IMG/VR virus record: IMGVR_UViG_3300044693_000067
Reading direction: 5' to 3' (one strand)
DNA length: 20,000 nt
Source: an uncultured virus (IMG/VR IMGVR_UViG_3300044693_000067)
Lineage: Duplodnaviria > Heunggongvirae > Uroviricota > Caudoviricetes
Below the pieces are notes generated by a model. It was given only the letters and a program-made list of their open reading frames with translations. It did no database searches and was not told where the DNA came from. Positions 1 to 8,332 of this stretch are shown one piece after another; position 1 is the stretch's first letter; each line of letters begins with the position of its first letter. A program made the position numbers and the translations under genes.

Positions 1-412
1 CGGACCGAACGGGTAGCAGGTCGTCTGTCTTAGCGCGCGCTTCTAGTTCACCGCATGAGGCATCACTAAAGGCATCGAGGAAACGAACCGGCGCGTTCAT
101 CGTTCCGGCGAGTTGGTACGCTACTGCGCAAAGGGCTTGATAGCGATCCTCGTTTGCTTGCAGCCTGCGCACCTCGGCGATAAGGGAGAGGGCGACTTCG
201 GGCGTGAAGTTCTCAAGCCACGAACCGACAGCAAATCCGAATAACAGATCCGGTTGACCGTCCTGATGCACGATAGGCTCAATGACGCGCACCTTCTCGC
301 GCCCCTGATCGGCGAACACGCGACGCCAAGAGTTCGACGTCCATATCTCCCACTTTCCAGCGGGAGCGGCTTTCGCCAGCGCTTCTAGCTCGTCTAGTTG
401 GGTGGGGGTCAT
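1..412 (-). CDS. Ead/Ea22-like phage protein, partial (runs off the left edge)
   Basis: Translated by hand, not in the ORF track: MTPTQLDELEALAKAAPAGKWEIWTSNSWRR...FTPEVALSLIAEVRRL. The 'L.ALA.AA..G.W' and 'P..AL.LI.EV' patterns resemble Ead/Ea22. The ATG overlaps the stop of the 409..1716 ORF. Confidence 0.7.
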   Translation of the reverse strand, partial: MTPTQLDELEALAKAAPAGKWEIWTSNSWRRVFADQGREKVRVIEPIVHQDGQPDLLFGFAVGSWLENFTPEVALSLIAEVRRLQANEDRYQALCAVAYQLAGTMNAPVRFLDAFSDASCGELEARAKTDDLLPVRS

Positions 413-1716
413 GCTGCGTCCTTAGAAAATTCCTGCTCTCCGAGCAAGAGTGACAAATGCGTATGCAGCCTGAGCCGCCACGACTCCGTTTCCGACTTGA
501 CGGAGTTGGTGATTGCGGGATTCGTCCACCAGATAGGCCATCCCATCAGCCAGCATGCGAACGCCGGGTTCAGTCGCCGGCGCAAGGTCCGGGCGGTCGG
601 CGACAATTCGCGCCCATCGAGGATCGATTGGACCGGGTGCAAAGAGCTCGTCATGTCGGCTGCCTGACCGGCCAGCACGATCCCGTGTCCCTTGCCATGT
701 GTCGGAGCCATCTTCGTCGTGCGGTTGCTGTTCTCGCTGCTCGTTGGCGTGGCCCAATGCCTCACTTCCGATTCCAGCCCCACTTGACGCTTGCCGTTCT
801 CCGTCTTGCCACGGCTCGCCACCACTTCCGCAGATACGGAGCGGCCACCGTTCGGAACATTGGGAGTTGACCATTGCGCAGTCATGCTCGGGAGCGTCAA
901 ATCGCCTTTGCTGCCCGCTTGATTCGGTCCACCCTTCGTTCCATCGCTCGCTTTCGGCGTGGCCCAGTTCACTGCCGCAAGGGCTAGTGTCGGACGCACA
1001 GTGGCATTCGGCGAATCGCTGCGGTTCGTGCGCTCCATCGCGTTTGCGTCCGGGGTAGCCCACTGATGCACTTGCTTGGCAAACTCGCCGCCTGCGCCGA
1101 TTTTGCCCGTCTCCGCTTCTATTCCCGACATTCCGAACGGAGTCAACCATGTCCCGCCATCCAAAGCAGAACCATCGATTGCGTTCGTGGTTGGCACCGA
1201 CATCGGACGCGCGAATATGCATCCATTCCGCATTCCACCCGCGGTCGGCCAGTTCTCCCAGGACTCGGGAGGCCGCGCGCTCTTCGAGTTCTCCTTCGGC
1301 TTCGTCCACAACGGTGGCGGTGGCAGAAGCGATGCCTGTGACGTTCTCCAAAACGATGAATCCCGCACCGCAAGCGTCTGCAATGTCGGCAACGGTGAAG
1401 AAGAGTCCCGATCGCCTTCCGTCGAGTCCAGCGCGTCTGCCTGCAACCGAAAGGTCTTGGCATGGGAAACCGGCAACGACGCAATCCACGCGTCCGCGCC
1501 ACGCTGCGCCATCGAAGGTGAGCAAGTCAGACCAGATAGGCGCCGGATCAAGCGCTCCCGCCTCCATAAGCGCGACAAGTTGACCGGCTGCACTGGCTTC
1601 GCGCTCCACGTAACAAACGGTTCGATGTTCGATGCCAAGAAACTCGCATGCGGCTCGGAAGCCTTCTCCGAGCATTCCGACGCCGGCGCACAACTCGATG
1701 GAATGAATAGCCACAT
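409..1716 (-). CDS. Alternative-frame ORF overlapping the C5 methyltransferase; WxTP repeats and motif IX-like LNPAFACWLMGWP (putative second subunit)
   Basis: 435 codons open in a shifted frame on the same strand. Repeats WPTA, WLTP, WATP, WATP, WSTP, WATP. RRLNPAFACWLMGWPIWWT resembles the motif IX region of phage C5 methyltransferases. The stop is coupled (ATGA) to the downstream gene. True start uncertain. Confidence 0.65.
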   Translation of the reverse strand: MWLFIPSSCAPASECSEKASEPHASFLASNIEPFVTWSAKPVQPVNLSRLWRRERLIRRLSGLTCSPSMAQRGADAWIASLPVSHAKTFRLQADALDSTEGDRDSSSPLPTLQTLAVRDSSFWRTSQASLLPPPPLWTKPKENSKSARPPESWENWPTAGGMRNGCIFARPMSVPTTNAIDGSALDGGTWLTPFGMSGIEAETGKIGAGGEFAKQVHQWATPDANAMERTNRSDSPNATVRPTLALAAVNWATPKASDGTKGGPNQAGSKGDLTLPSMTAQWSTPNVPNGGRSVSAEVVASRGKTENGKRQVGLESEVRHWATPTSSENSNRTTKMAPTHGKGHGIVLAGQAADMTSSLHPVQSILDGRELSPTARTLRRRLNPAFACWLMGWPIWWTNPAITNSVKSETESWRLRLHTHLSLLLGEQEFSKDAA

Positions 1717-1720
1717 TCAA
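422..1720 (-). CDS. DNA (cytosine-5)-methyltransferase, main frame
   Basis: Motif I ELCAGVGM, motif IV GFPCQDLS (catalytic PC), motif VI ENV, motif VIII HERNRWF, motif X LRQVGNGVV. Confidence 0.92.
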   Translation of the reverse strand: MNVAIHSIELCAGVGMLGEGFRAACEFLGIEHRTVCYVEREASAAGQLVALMEAGALDPAPIWSDLLTFDGAAWRGRVDCVVAGFPCQDLSVAGRRAGLDGRRSGLFFTVADIADACGAGFIVLENVTGIASATATVVDEAEGELEERAASRVLGELADRGWNAEWMHIRASDVGANHERNRWFCFGWRDMVDSVRNVGNRSGDGQNRRRRRVCQASASVGYPGRKRDGAHEPQRFAECHCASDTSPCGSELGHAESERWNEGWTESSGQQRRFDAPEHDCAMVNSQCSERWPLRICGSGGEPWQDGERQASSGAGIGSEALGHANEQREQQPHDEDGSDTWQGTRDRAGRSGSRHDELFAPGPIDPRWARIVADRPDLAPATEPGVRMLADGMAYLVDESRNHQLRQVGNGVVAAQAAYAFVTLARRAGIF

Positions 1721-2328
1721 GCCGCCTCCCGATTCATTTCAATCCGACGTTCCAACCTGCGAGCCTTCTTGTTCATAATCCGTTTGAGCCGTTGCAAATA
1801 CTCAATCGACCACTTAGCGGTTCCTTGCATTGCTTCGATGCGCTCGACGAACTCAAAACCGCGGCGTTCGATGAGTCCCTTTCGAAAATCAGAATGCATG
1901 CCGCCCCTGTCTCGATTGCATTTTTTGCACTGCAACGCCAGATTGGGAAGAAAAAATCTGAGATGCGGGGCGCTTCCTACCGATCGAAAGTGACCTGCAT
2001 CAAACGCTCCGCCGAACCTCGCTTGCAATTTGATTCCGCACGAGATACACCCATGCCCATCACGAATGTCCCGCAGTCGGGCCACCTTGTTGACAATCAC
2101 CTGGGCCTCGGCAATCCACTCGCGCCTAGTCTTCAGCTTTACCTTCGCCTCCCGCGTCGCCTTCCGTTCCTCGCGCGCTGCCTTAGCCTCTTTGCGAGCT
2201 GCCATCTTGCGGGCGTATTCGAGCGAGCAGGGCACCGAGCAAACCTTCGTCATCGCGCGGAACGGCGTGAAGATGCGCTTGCACACGGCGCAGGCTTTGG
2301 GTTTGAGAGGCTTGGACGCGATGGTCAT
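1717..2328 (-). CDS. ninG: NinG/Rap-family recombination endonuclease
   Basis: CAVC and CSVPC at the N-terminus; RLRD...CISCG...DAGHFRSVGSAPHLRF...QCKKCN; start placed at ATG 2328 behind GAGGAA. Confidence 0.92.
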   Translation of the reverse strand: MTIASKPLKPKACAVCKRIFTPFRAMTKVCSVPCSLEYARKMAARKEAKAAREERKATREAKVKLKTRREWIAEAQVIVNKVARLRDIRDGHGCISCGIKLQARFGGAFDAGHFRSVGSAPHLRFFLPNLALQCKKCNRDRGGMHSDFRKGLIERRGFEFVERIEAMQGTAKWSIEYLQRLKRIMNKKARRLERRIEMNREAA

Positions 2329-2453
2329 TTCCTCACCCTGCATTCGAATACGTGCGTACCGATTAGAAATGAGCCCATGTAGGTGCATTCGGCCTGCACA
2401 GTCATGTATGCGATCGTCCATGCAGCGAAGAAAACGATGGCACCTTTAATCAC
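2325..2453 (-). CDS. Small hydrophobic protein (42 aa)
   Basis: GTG start, MIKGAIVFFAAWTIAYMTVQAECTYMGSFLIGTHVFECRVRK; stop overlaps the ninG ATG and the ORF fills the gap. Confidence 0.5.
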   Translation of the reverse strand: MIKGAIVFFAAWTIAYMTVQAECTYMGSFLIGTHVFECRVRK

Positions 2454-2922
2454 GTTCGAACTCCATCAGTACGGCCTCGACCATCTGTTCCCGGCCTTCG
2501 TCATTCAGATGCGGCCATAGATACCGATAAGCCGTCGGCGAGCGCATGAATGCCTTGATGCCCTCATGGACGTCATGGAACTCAGTGTCGTCTAGCGCTT
2601 CATATGAGATCGACTTCGGCAGCGCGACAAGCGAGCCATCGGGACCAGGCATGAAGTCGACATGACCGGCTCCCACCTCCATCCACTTGCGCATACGATC
2701 TGCGTCGTCGAATACTTCCTGTGTGCCAAAGAACGCGCCCAGCATCGCAAAGTGAAGTCGATGAAACTTCGGACTCCGCGGCAACTTGAAGTCGAACGCG
2801 AGCGTATCGCCGGGGCGCAAGTTATCGAGCTTCTTGCGAAACCGGCCGTAGGCGCGCGTGTCCTTTTCGGTTAGACCGGTCAGCTTGCCGCGCTCGTCGA
2901 TGCGAAGGACGACTTTGCTCAT
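2446..2922 (-). CDS. DUF1367-like phage protein
   Basis: PRSPKFHRLHFAML and PKSISYEALD motifs; nin-region position. Confidence 0.75.
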   Translation of the reverse strand: MSKVVLRIDERGKLTGLTEKDTRAYGRFRKKLDNLRPGDTLAFDFKLPRSPKFHRLHFAMLGAFFGTQEVFDDADRMRKWMEVGAGHVDFMPGPDGSLVALPKSISYEALDDTEFHDVHEGIKAFMRSPTAYRYLWPHLNDEGREQMVEAVLMEFERD

Positions 2923-3089
2923 CCTCTGAACTCCGCGTGCGCCAACGTTTCCAACAACTCCACCGCATCTTTGATCTCACTGACGAGATTCATGGCGCGC
3001 GGATTCTCGCGAAAGCCCTTGGCCGACGCTTCTTCTAGCTGGCTGTGCATATGCTTGATGCGGACGATCATTTCTGCTGTGTTGGTCAT
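2919..3089 (-). CDS. Hypothetical protein (56 aa)
   Basis: MTNTAEMIVRIKHMHSQLEEASAKGFRENPRAMNLVSEIKDAVELLETLARAEFRG; ATGA overlaps with both neighbours. Confidence 0.7.
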   Translation of the reverse strand: MTNTAEMIVRIKHMHSQLEEASAKGFRENPRAMNLVSEIKDAVELLETLAHAEFRG

Positions 3090-3592
3090 GCTGACTCCGA
3101 GTTCGATACGGCGATTTGTCGAGCGTCGTGCTCACGCGCTGCGTGCTCAGCCATGCCATTGCTATCGGCGATAGTCCAGTGTTTAGGGTCTTTGCTGGCG
3201 TGAAGTTCTTTCAGGCGCGCGACGTGTGGCGTCAGTGAGTCAAGGAATTCGATGTAGCCGCCTGCAACTTGACGGTCATCGTTGAGCATGCCGGCCGCTT
3301 GAGCGTCGACAAGAATCGCGATGCAGGCTAGGGCGTGGGCGAAGTGGGGAAGGCCGCTATCGACGTCGTAGTCCTGGCCCTCGAACCACTTGTCGAGGTG
3401 TCGTTTTGCTGCGTCAACATAGATCGACGCCCGCACACCAGCGACGCGCCAGTTTGATCGGCCATACTTGAGCATGCCGTCGAGCAGCCCAAGGCAACCG
3501 AGTGCGCTTGCTGTTGCCGGCCAAAGATGGAGCGGCAGCTTTCCTGCCCCGATAGCGTCCTTAGGATTTTCCGCATTCGTTGCCTTGAGCAT
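3086..3592 (-). CDS. dATP/dGTP diphosphohydrolase domain protein (DUF5664-like)
   Basis: NPKDAIGAGKLPLHL, G.LKYG..NWR, Y.DAAKRHL..WFEGQD.D.DSGLPHFAHA. Confidence 0.85.
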   Translation of the reverse strand: MLKATNAENPKDAIGAGKLPLHLWPATASALGCLGLLDGMLKYGRSNWRVAGVRASIYVDAAKRHLDKWFEGQDYDVDSGLPHFAHALACIAILVDAQAAGMLNDDRQVAGGYIEFLDSLTPHVARLKELHASKDPKHWTIADSNGMAEHAAREHDARQIAVSNSESA

Positions 3593-3906
3593 TACGCCGC
3601 CTCCGCGATCAGATCCATCAAGCCGAAGATTTCGAGGCCAAGTTTCTGCGCCGCAAGATGCTCAATGCGCGCACCAAATGACGCCTCCCATCCGGGCAAC
3701 ATGCAGATCGCCGTGCAGCCTTCCATCGCGCGCAGATCGGCGGCGATGCAATGCAGCCAATGCGCCGTTTCATCGGGATTGACTTCTACCGGGTTCACGA
3801 CTTCCCAGCGTAGGTTGCGAAGGCGCACTGCAGTTCGGTTAAAGAGCGGGAAATTGAACCGGTCGATCCCCGACATAGGACCACTGATGTAGATACGTCC
3901 TTTCAT
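3592..3906 (-). CDS. DUF4406 protein (nucleoside deoxyribosyltransferase-like fold)
   Basis: IYISGPMSG...NFPLF...VVNP...MLPGWEASFGARIE. Confidence 0.88.
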   Translation of the reverse strand: MKGRIYISGPMSGIDRFNFPLFNRTAVRLRNLRWEVVNPVEVNPDETAHWLHCIAADLRAMEGCTAICMLPGWEASFGARIEHLAAQKLGLEIFGLMDLIAEAA

Positions 3907-4292
3907 GCGGCCTCCCCGAAAAATGCAGCGATGAACGGATCTCGCCTGACAACGACCGTCGACTTTGAGACGTATCGCTCATGAATCGGTATGCAGCGCC
4001 GCCCGCTTGCATCTCGCTTGTAGCGCTTCTTTGGCTTTCTCTCTCGCACGGCATCATCCCCGGGGCCGGAAACATATAAGGCGACCATATAGTTTTCTCG
4101 ATCAGGATTGCGGTCGAACGAATCGATGTGGACGAGCTTTTGCTCATGCAGTCGGCGCATGTACTTGTCGACGTTTTGCCTTACCACCCCCGAGATCTCG
4201 GCTAACCGATTCTTGGAAACCGGCCCATGCTTGGCGATCAGGCGAAGCAATTCCGACATGCGCGGAGTTACTTCCATTTTTTGGCGGCTCAT
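3903..4292 (-). CDS. Winged-helix HTH DNA-binding protein
   Basis: LLRLIAKHGPVSKNRLAEISGVVRQNVDKYMRRLHEQKLVHI, followed by a basic tail. Confidence 0.8.
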   Translation of the reverse strand: MSRQKMEVTPRMSELLRLIAKHGPVSKNRLAEISGVVRQNVDKYMRRLHEQKLVHIDSFDRNPDRENYMVALYVSGPGDDAVRERKPKKRYKRDASGRRCIPIHERYVSKSTVVVRRDPFIAAFFGEAA

Positions 4293-4323
4293 ACAGTCTC
4301 CTTCTCAAGTGCTTTAGCGGTCT

Positions 4324-4581
4324 TCATGCATCCACCGTTTCGACCAATTCGCCGACATAGGGATGCGGAATGCCGTGCTCGGCGCAGTACACGGCAAGTC
4401 CTCGACCATTGCTCTCGGCATACCCGGCCCGATGGGCTTGGGCCAGTGACGTGAGGTAATGCGTGAATTCGGTAGGTGACTCGCGTAGCGCCGCCTTTAC
4501 GTGGTCTTTGATCGCTTCTGACCACTCGTAGTACCAAGCGAGGTACTTGAGGTCTTGGAGCATCTGAGGAGAGATTCGCAT
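4324..4581 (-). CDS. Hypothetical phage protein
   Basis: Abuts the helicase stop; in operon orientation. Confidence 0.7.
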   Translation of the reverse strand: MRISPQMLQDLKYLAWYYEWSEAIKDHVKAALRESPTEFTHYLTSLAQAHRAGYAESNGRGLAVYCAEHGIPHPYVGELVETVDA

Positions 4582-5541
4582 TTAGAAATCCTCCAACTCG
4601 ACCGCCGCGCCGTCGACCGGGTAACGGCGCGGATTCTGTCCGCGGTGCTCGACGTATTGCATCGACGCACCATCGAACCAGAAACCGAAAACGCCTTCGT
4701 AGTCGCCGTTGCGCTGCTTCTCGAGCGACAGATAGCAATCCGGCTCGCCCATCACCTCGTCTTCCTCGACCTTTTTGAGTTTCATCTTTCCGCTGCCGAC
4801 CGCTTCTTTGCGCTTGTTGCGCCAGACGATGAAGAGGTTGTCAGCAAGGTCGGTGATTGACCCGCTACCCTTGATGTCAAACTTGCCCGGTCGATCGTAT
4901 TCGCTACCGGCTTTCTTCACGTGTGCGATCAAGTGAATGTGCGCGCCGGTGTCCTGGGCGATAGCAGTCAGCGAATTCACGAAATCCTTCTGACCGTTGT
5001 AGTCGTCGTCGCCCGGGACACACTTCATGAGGTTGTCGATCATGAAATGCTGAATGCGGAAGTTCTCGACGGCGTAGCGGACAACGGCGAGCATCTTTTG
5101 CGGCTTCACGCTGCCCGTATGGTCGTAGAGCCACAAGCGCTCATCAGTCCAGCTATGCATGCTGCGGATGAATTCTTGCGGGGGGCGTGCGTCGCCAGCC
5201 GCCTGCTTCGTCATGCGAAGCATCGTCTTTTCAGGCTTCATTTCGAGCGAGGCGATGCAGACGCGCTGGTTTTGCAGGCAAAGATCAAGGGCGACTTGGC
5301 TCGTCAACATCGATTTCCCGTGCCCATTTATGCCGCCCCATATCGTCAGTTCGCCATTGCGAAATGCAAACCGGCCTTCGGTCTTCTGCCACCCGAGCTG
5401 TACATCGGGAAGCGTGGCGCGGGTGTATAGCGCATCAATGACGCCTTGCTCCCATTCGCTCGCAGGACGGATCTTATGAACGTCTTCCGGCTCCGACATG
5501 TAATCGGACAGGTTGATTTTTTCGCCGTCGATGATCTTCAT
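4582..5541 (-). CDS. DnaB-like (SF4, T7 gp4/Twinkle-type) replicative helicase
   Basis: Walker A GGINGHGKS, SLEM, Walker B FMIDNL, HLIAH, DIKGSGSITDLADN, LEKQRNG; start placed at ATG 5541. Confidence 0.9.
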   Translation of the reverse strand: MKIIDGEKINLSDYMSEPEDVHKIRPASEWEQGVIDALYTRATLPDVQLGWQKTEGRFAFRNGELTIWGGINGHGKSMLTSQVALDLCLQNQRVCIASLEMKPEKTMLRMTKQAAGDARPPQEFIRSMHSWTDERLWLYDHTGSVKPQKMLAVVRYAVENFRIQHFMIDNLMKCVPGDDDYNGQKDFVNSLTAIAQDTGAHIHLIAHVKKAGSEYDRPGKFDIKGSGSITDLADNLFIVWRNKRKEAVGSGKMKLKKVEEDEVMGEPDCYLSLEKQRNGDYEGVFGFWFDGASMQYVEHRGQNPRRYPVDGAAVELEDF

Positions 5542-5542
5542 G

Positions 5543-5953
5543 TCAGAAACCCATTCTTGTGAATTCGCGCGTTTGCCAAGCGAACCAAGGGAGCAATTCG
5601 ATCCCAAGAGACTTCGCTCGAGCCTTTCGCGTCGCCTCCGTCGCGTTGGCGGGAAAATCGAAATAGACTTGCGCGCCCGTCTTACGGTCGACGTCCCAAA
5701 GCGACAGCGACTTCGGGCACTCGTTGCGGATCGACTTCAGTTGCGCCGCCACGGGTTGCCCCTGACGAGCAAATGCAATCAAGTCCAGGCCAATGGCCCA
5801 GCGCCAGTCGTAATCGCGATCAGGGCGGGCATACACTGTGAACCCGTTATCCTCGTTCTCAATGCGGCCAATGAACGAGACGAGCACCCAAAGGGCAGGT
5901 TGCTTGCCTTGTTCGCGAAGGGCGGCGATTTGCGCTGCGTTGGCGGCCATCAC
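5543..5953 (-). CDS. Hypothetical protein between initiator and helicase
   Basis: Overlaps the initiator stop and ends 2 nt before the helicase start. Confidence 0.75.
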   Translation of the reverse strand: MMAANAAQIAALREQGKQPALWVLVSFIGRIENEDNGFTVYARPDRDYDWRWAIGLDLIAFARQGQPVAAQLKSIRNECPKSLSLWDVDRKTGAQVYFDFPANATEATRKARAKSLGIELLPWFAWQTREFTRMGF

Positions 5954-6591
5954 AGGTATTTCTCCCCGCCAGCCGACGATTTCGCCGGCTTGTCATTGAT
6001 CTTTGCCCAGTCATCACGGATGGCATTCATCAACGCCGAATCCCAGTTCGCGTAGGTGTAACCCTTCGCTTCAGCCTTGCTCACGAACGACTTGAAATGC
6101 TCATCAAGGCGATCAAAACCCTCTTTAGCCGCCCAATCGATAACCCGCTGACTTACGCAGAAACCTTCGGGCATGGCCGTTTTTGGAGTTTTCGTGCGCG
6201 TAGCGCTCTTACTCTTATCTTCTCTATTCTTATCTTCTCTACTCTGGGCCGTTTCAGTAACGTTACATGCCTGTTCCTGTAACTGTTTCTGTGCCTCGCG
6301 ATGCTTGCGAACCCGCTCTGTGCTTGAGTCAGACGCCTTTTGGCGCTTGTCCCACTGAAGGATCTCCCATCGCTCATCAATGAACTTTTTCTGCATGAAA
6401 AGGGCCTTCGTCTCCGCAAGCTGTGTTTCATCGATACGCAGTGCGAAACAGATGTCTTGTTCCTGTAACGTTTCAAGCGTGTTACTGCAACGGAAGCACA
6501 TCAGCATGATTAGCCGACGTTGCATCGCCTCCGACATGCTTTGCACTTTCGGATCGGTAGCGAACTCGTGATACAGGCGAAACCAATCCAT
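5950..6591 (-). CDS. Phage replication initiator / replisome organizer
   Basis: MDWFRLYHEFATDPKVQ N-terminus, STERVRKHRE, REDKNREDK linker, C-terminal helical domain (YANWDSALMNAIR); lies upstream of the helicase. Confidence 0.82.
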   Translation of the reverse strand: MDWFRLYHEFATDPKVQSMSEAMQRRLIMLMCFRCSNTLETLQEQDICFALRIDETQLAETKALFMQKKFIDERWEILQWDKRQKASDSSTERVRKHREAQKQLQEQACNVTETAQSREDKNREDKSKSATRTKTPKTAMPEGFCVSQRVIDWAAKEGFDRLDEHFKSFVSKAEAKGYTYANWDSALMNAIRDDWAKINDKPAKSSAGGEKYL

Positions 6592-6776
6592 TAATGGGCC
6601 TCAGGAGCCTTAGGGTTTGAAACCTTCGCCACATACCGCCGCAGCACTCGAATCGCCTCGCCAGCCATCCGCGTAGCCGGCGTATGCTCTTGGCACACCG
6701 ACATTCGGTGCAGCAGTTCGGACAGGTGTGCAAGGTCGGGGTCTGGGATCGGGAAGACGTCGGGCGGCATCTTCAT
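6591..6776 (-). CDS. Hypothetical protein (61 aa)
   Basis: MKMPPDVFPIPDPDLAHLSELLHRMSVC...; stop overlaps the initiator ATG (TAATG). Confidence 0.6.
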   Translation of the reverse strand: MKMPPDVFPIPDPDLAHLSELLHRMSVCQEHTPATRMAGEAIRVLRRYVAKVSNPKAPEAH

Positions 6777-6805
6777 GGCCTGGATTGACCGCAACGTGCG
6801 TCCTC

Positions 6806-6976
6806 TCATAGCGGCCTCCGATACCGCGGCTTCTCGGTCATTCGAGCCAGCGACGCACAAAGCAGCGTAACGATTTGATCCTTCTGCGTCTTGCTGCGCG
6901 CTTCTCGAACCTTGCGGGCCAATTCGTCTTGCTCGATCCATTGCGACGGAGCGGGATTTAGGAGGTCGCGAGTCAT
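6806..6976 (-). CDS. Hypothetical protein (56 aa)
   Basis: MTRDLLNPAPSQWIEQDELARKVREARSK...; GGAG RBS upstream. Confidence 0.6.
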   Translation of the reverse strand: MTRDLLNPAPSQWIEQDELARKVREARSKTQKDQIVTLLCASLARMTEKPRYRRPL

Positions 6977-7062
6977 CTCAGGTACTCCACCACCCAACAA
7001 AATGCCCATAGCGCAATACCAGCGGTTAGAGCGCCAGAGCAGAAGGCTATGAAGGTTTTCAT
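6973..7062 (-). CDS. Small membrane peptide (29 aa)
   Basis: MKTFIAFCSGALTAGIALWAFCWVVEYLR; ATGA overlaps at both ends. Confidence 0.55.
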   Translation of the reverse strand: MKTFIAFCSGALTAGIALWAFCWVVEYLR

Positions 7063-7811
7063 GCGGACTCCATCAAGAGATCGGCTTGGCGTTGACGCTC
7101 GGCGAGGAGCCCCTGATAGGCCGGGTTCAACTCGCATCCAGCAAAGTGACGGCCGAGCGTTCGAGCTGCGATGGCAGTCGACCCGCTGCCCATGAAAGGG
7201 TCGATGACGATCCCGCCGGCAGGAACGGAATAGCGAATCAGCGGCGCGACGATGCCGAGCGGCTTTTGCGTCGGATGCAATGCGTTGCCGTGCTCGTTCG
7301 CGACGTCAAGAACGCTGACCTGCAGGCGTGGGCCACCGTCTTCGCTCACGTAGTGGCCTGAGTCGATATATCCGGTATGGGTCGGGCGCGTCTTGCGGCG
7401 AACGGTCTTGGCCGCGGCATCCAGCGTGTATTGCGGGTCCTTGTAGACGTCAGCCCACGCGCCGCGGTAGAACTGCACTGCGTGCTCGTGAACGCGGCGG
7501 AATCGATCATTCTGGAAGCCGGTGCCGTTCTGCTTGCGCCATACGATGTCTTGCGCGTACTTGAAGCCGAACGATTCCATTTCGTCGAACAGCGTCGCCA
7601 CGAAACGCATACTGCCGAATACCCAGATCGATGCAGCGGGCTTGAGGACGCGCGATACGTGGACAATCCAGCCTTCGCAGCGTCGATCCCATTCAAGCGA
7701 CGTGTCGCCGTAGGGAGGATCTGTCACGCATGCCTCGGCGACACCTGCAGGCCATGCCGCCATGATCTGTCGGCAATCGCCAGGATGGCAGTGATCGAGC
7801 CAATCACTCAC
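7059..7811 (-). CDS. DNA amino-methyltransferase (N6-adenine/N4-cytosine, beta class)
   Basis: TDPPYG precedes HPTQKP and DPFMGSGST (motif IV before motif I, beta order); GTG start at 7811 likely. Confidence 0.93.
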   Translation of the reverse strand: MSDWLDHCHPGDCRQIMAAWPAGVAEACVTDPPYGDTSLEWDRRCEGWIVHVSRVLKPAASIWVFGSMRFVATLFDEMESFGFKYAQDIVWRKQNGTGFQNDRFRRVHEHAVQFYRGAWADVYKDPQYTLDAAAKTVRRKTRPTHTGYIDSGHYVSEDGGPRLQVSVLDVANEHGNALHPTQKPLGIVAPLIRYSVPAGGIVIDPFMGSGSTAIAARTLGRHFAGCELNPAYQGLLAERQRQADLLMESA

Positions 7812-7865
7812 AGCGCACCCCAAGGCATCCAAAGCATGTAGACAAACACGATCCACAGTCCCATC

Positions 7866-8018
7866 TCACACCCCGTAATAGAGTCGTTCGAATGCAGCAC
7901 ACAATGCGGCGATGACCGGGTTATGGCCGACGACGTAGCGGTTCAGGCGATAGCGGTTCTCGAACGTGCCGTGGTTCATCACCCGGGCACAGATCGTAAG
8001 TTTTTCGAGTGGAGTCAT
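7866..8018 (-). CDS. Hypothetical protein (50 aa)
   Basis: MTPLEKLTICARVMNHGTFENRYRLNRYVVGHNPVIAALCAAFERLYYGV; AAGGAG RBS and ATGA overlap. Confidence 0.6.
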   Translation of the reverse strand: MTPLEKLTICARVMNHGTFENRYRLNRYVVGHNPVIAALCAAFERLYYGV

Positions 8019-8332
8019 GTCCGCTCCTTCATCTTCACTTCGATCTCAATGGGCGGCAGTTCGACTGCCTCTGGAATGTCCAGGCGCGTATAGAGGCCCG
8101 CGAGCTTCAATAGTGGGATGACCAACTTTCCAGCCTCGGTCAGTTGAAAACTAGTGAATTCGCCTTCGGTCTTGCGCTCGCACAGCCCTTTGGCGATTAG
8201 CGAGTTGCCAGTGTTCAGGTATCCCCATGTCCATCCGAACTGGTCCATGTGAGACATCATCTCGGTTTGACGACGCGACAGCGATAGGGTGAATGCGCCG
8301 CCCGTAACGTAGTCCTTGAACTGATCGCTCAT
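8015..8332 (-). CDS. Hypothetical protein (possible wHTH)
   Basis: LIAKGLCE...FQLTEAGK pattern; AGGA RBS. Confidence 0.7.
   Translation of the reverse strand: MSDQFKDYVTGGAFTLSLSRRQTEMMSHMDQFGWTWGYLNTGNSLIAKGLCERKTEGEFTSFQLTEAGKLVIPLLKLAGLYTRLDIPEAVELPPIEIEVKMKERT

Noticed and set aside
1076..2449. Long plus-strand ORFs (1076-1993, 1792-2382, 2030-2449)
   Set aside because: They are antisense shadows of the methyltransferase and ninG in GC-rich DNA, with no motifs or RBS.
6206..6245. TCTTATCTTCTCTA tandem as a stand-alone repeat element
   Set aside because: It encodes the REDKNREDK linker typical of phage initiators; considered only as part of the candidate origin.
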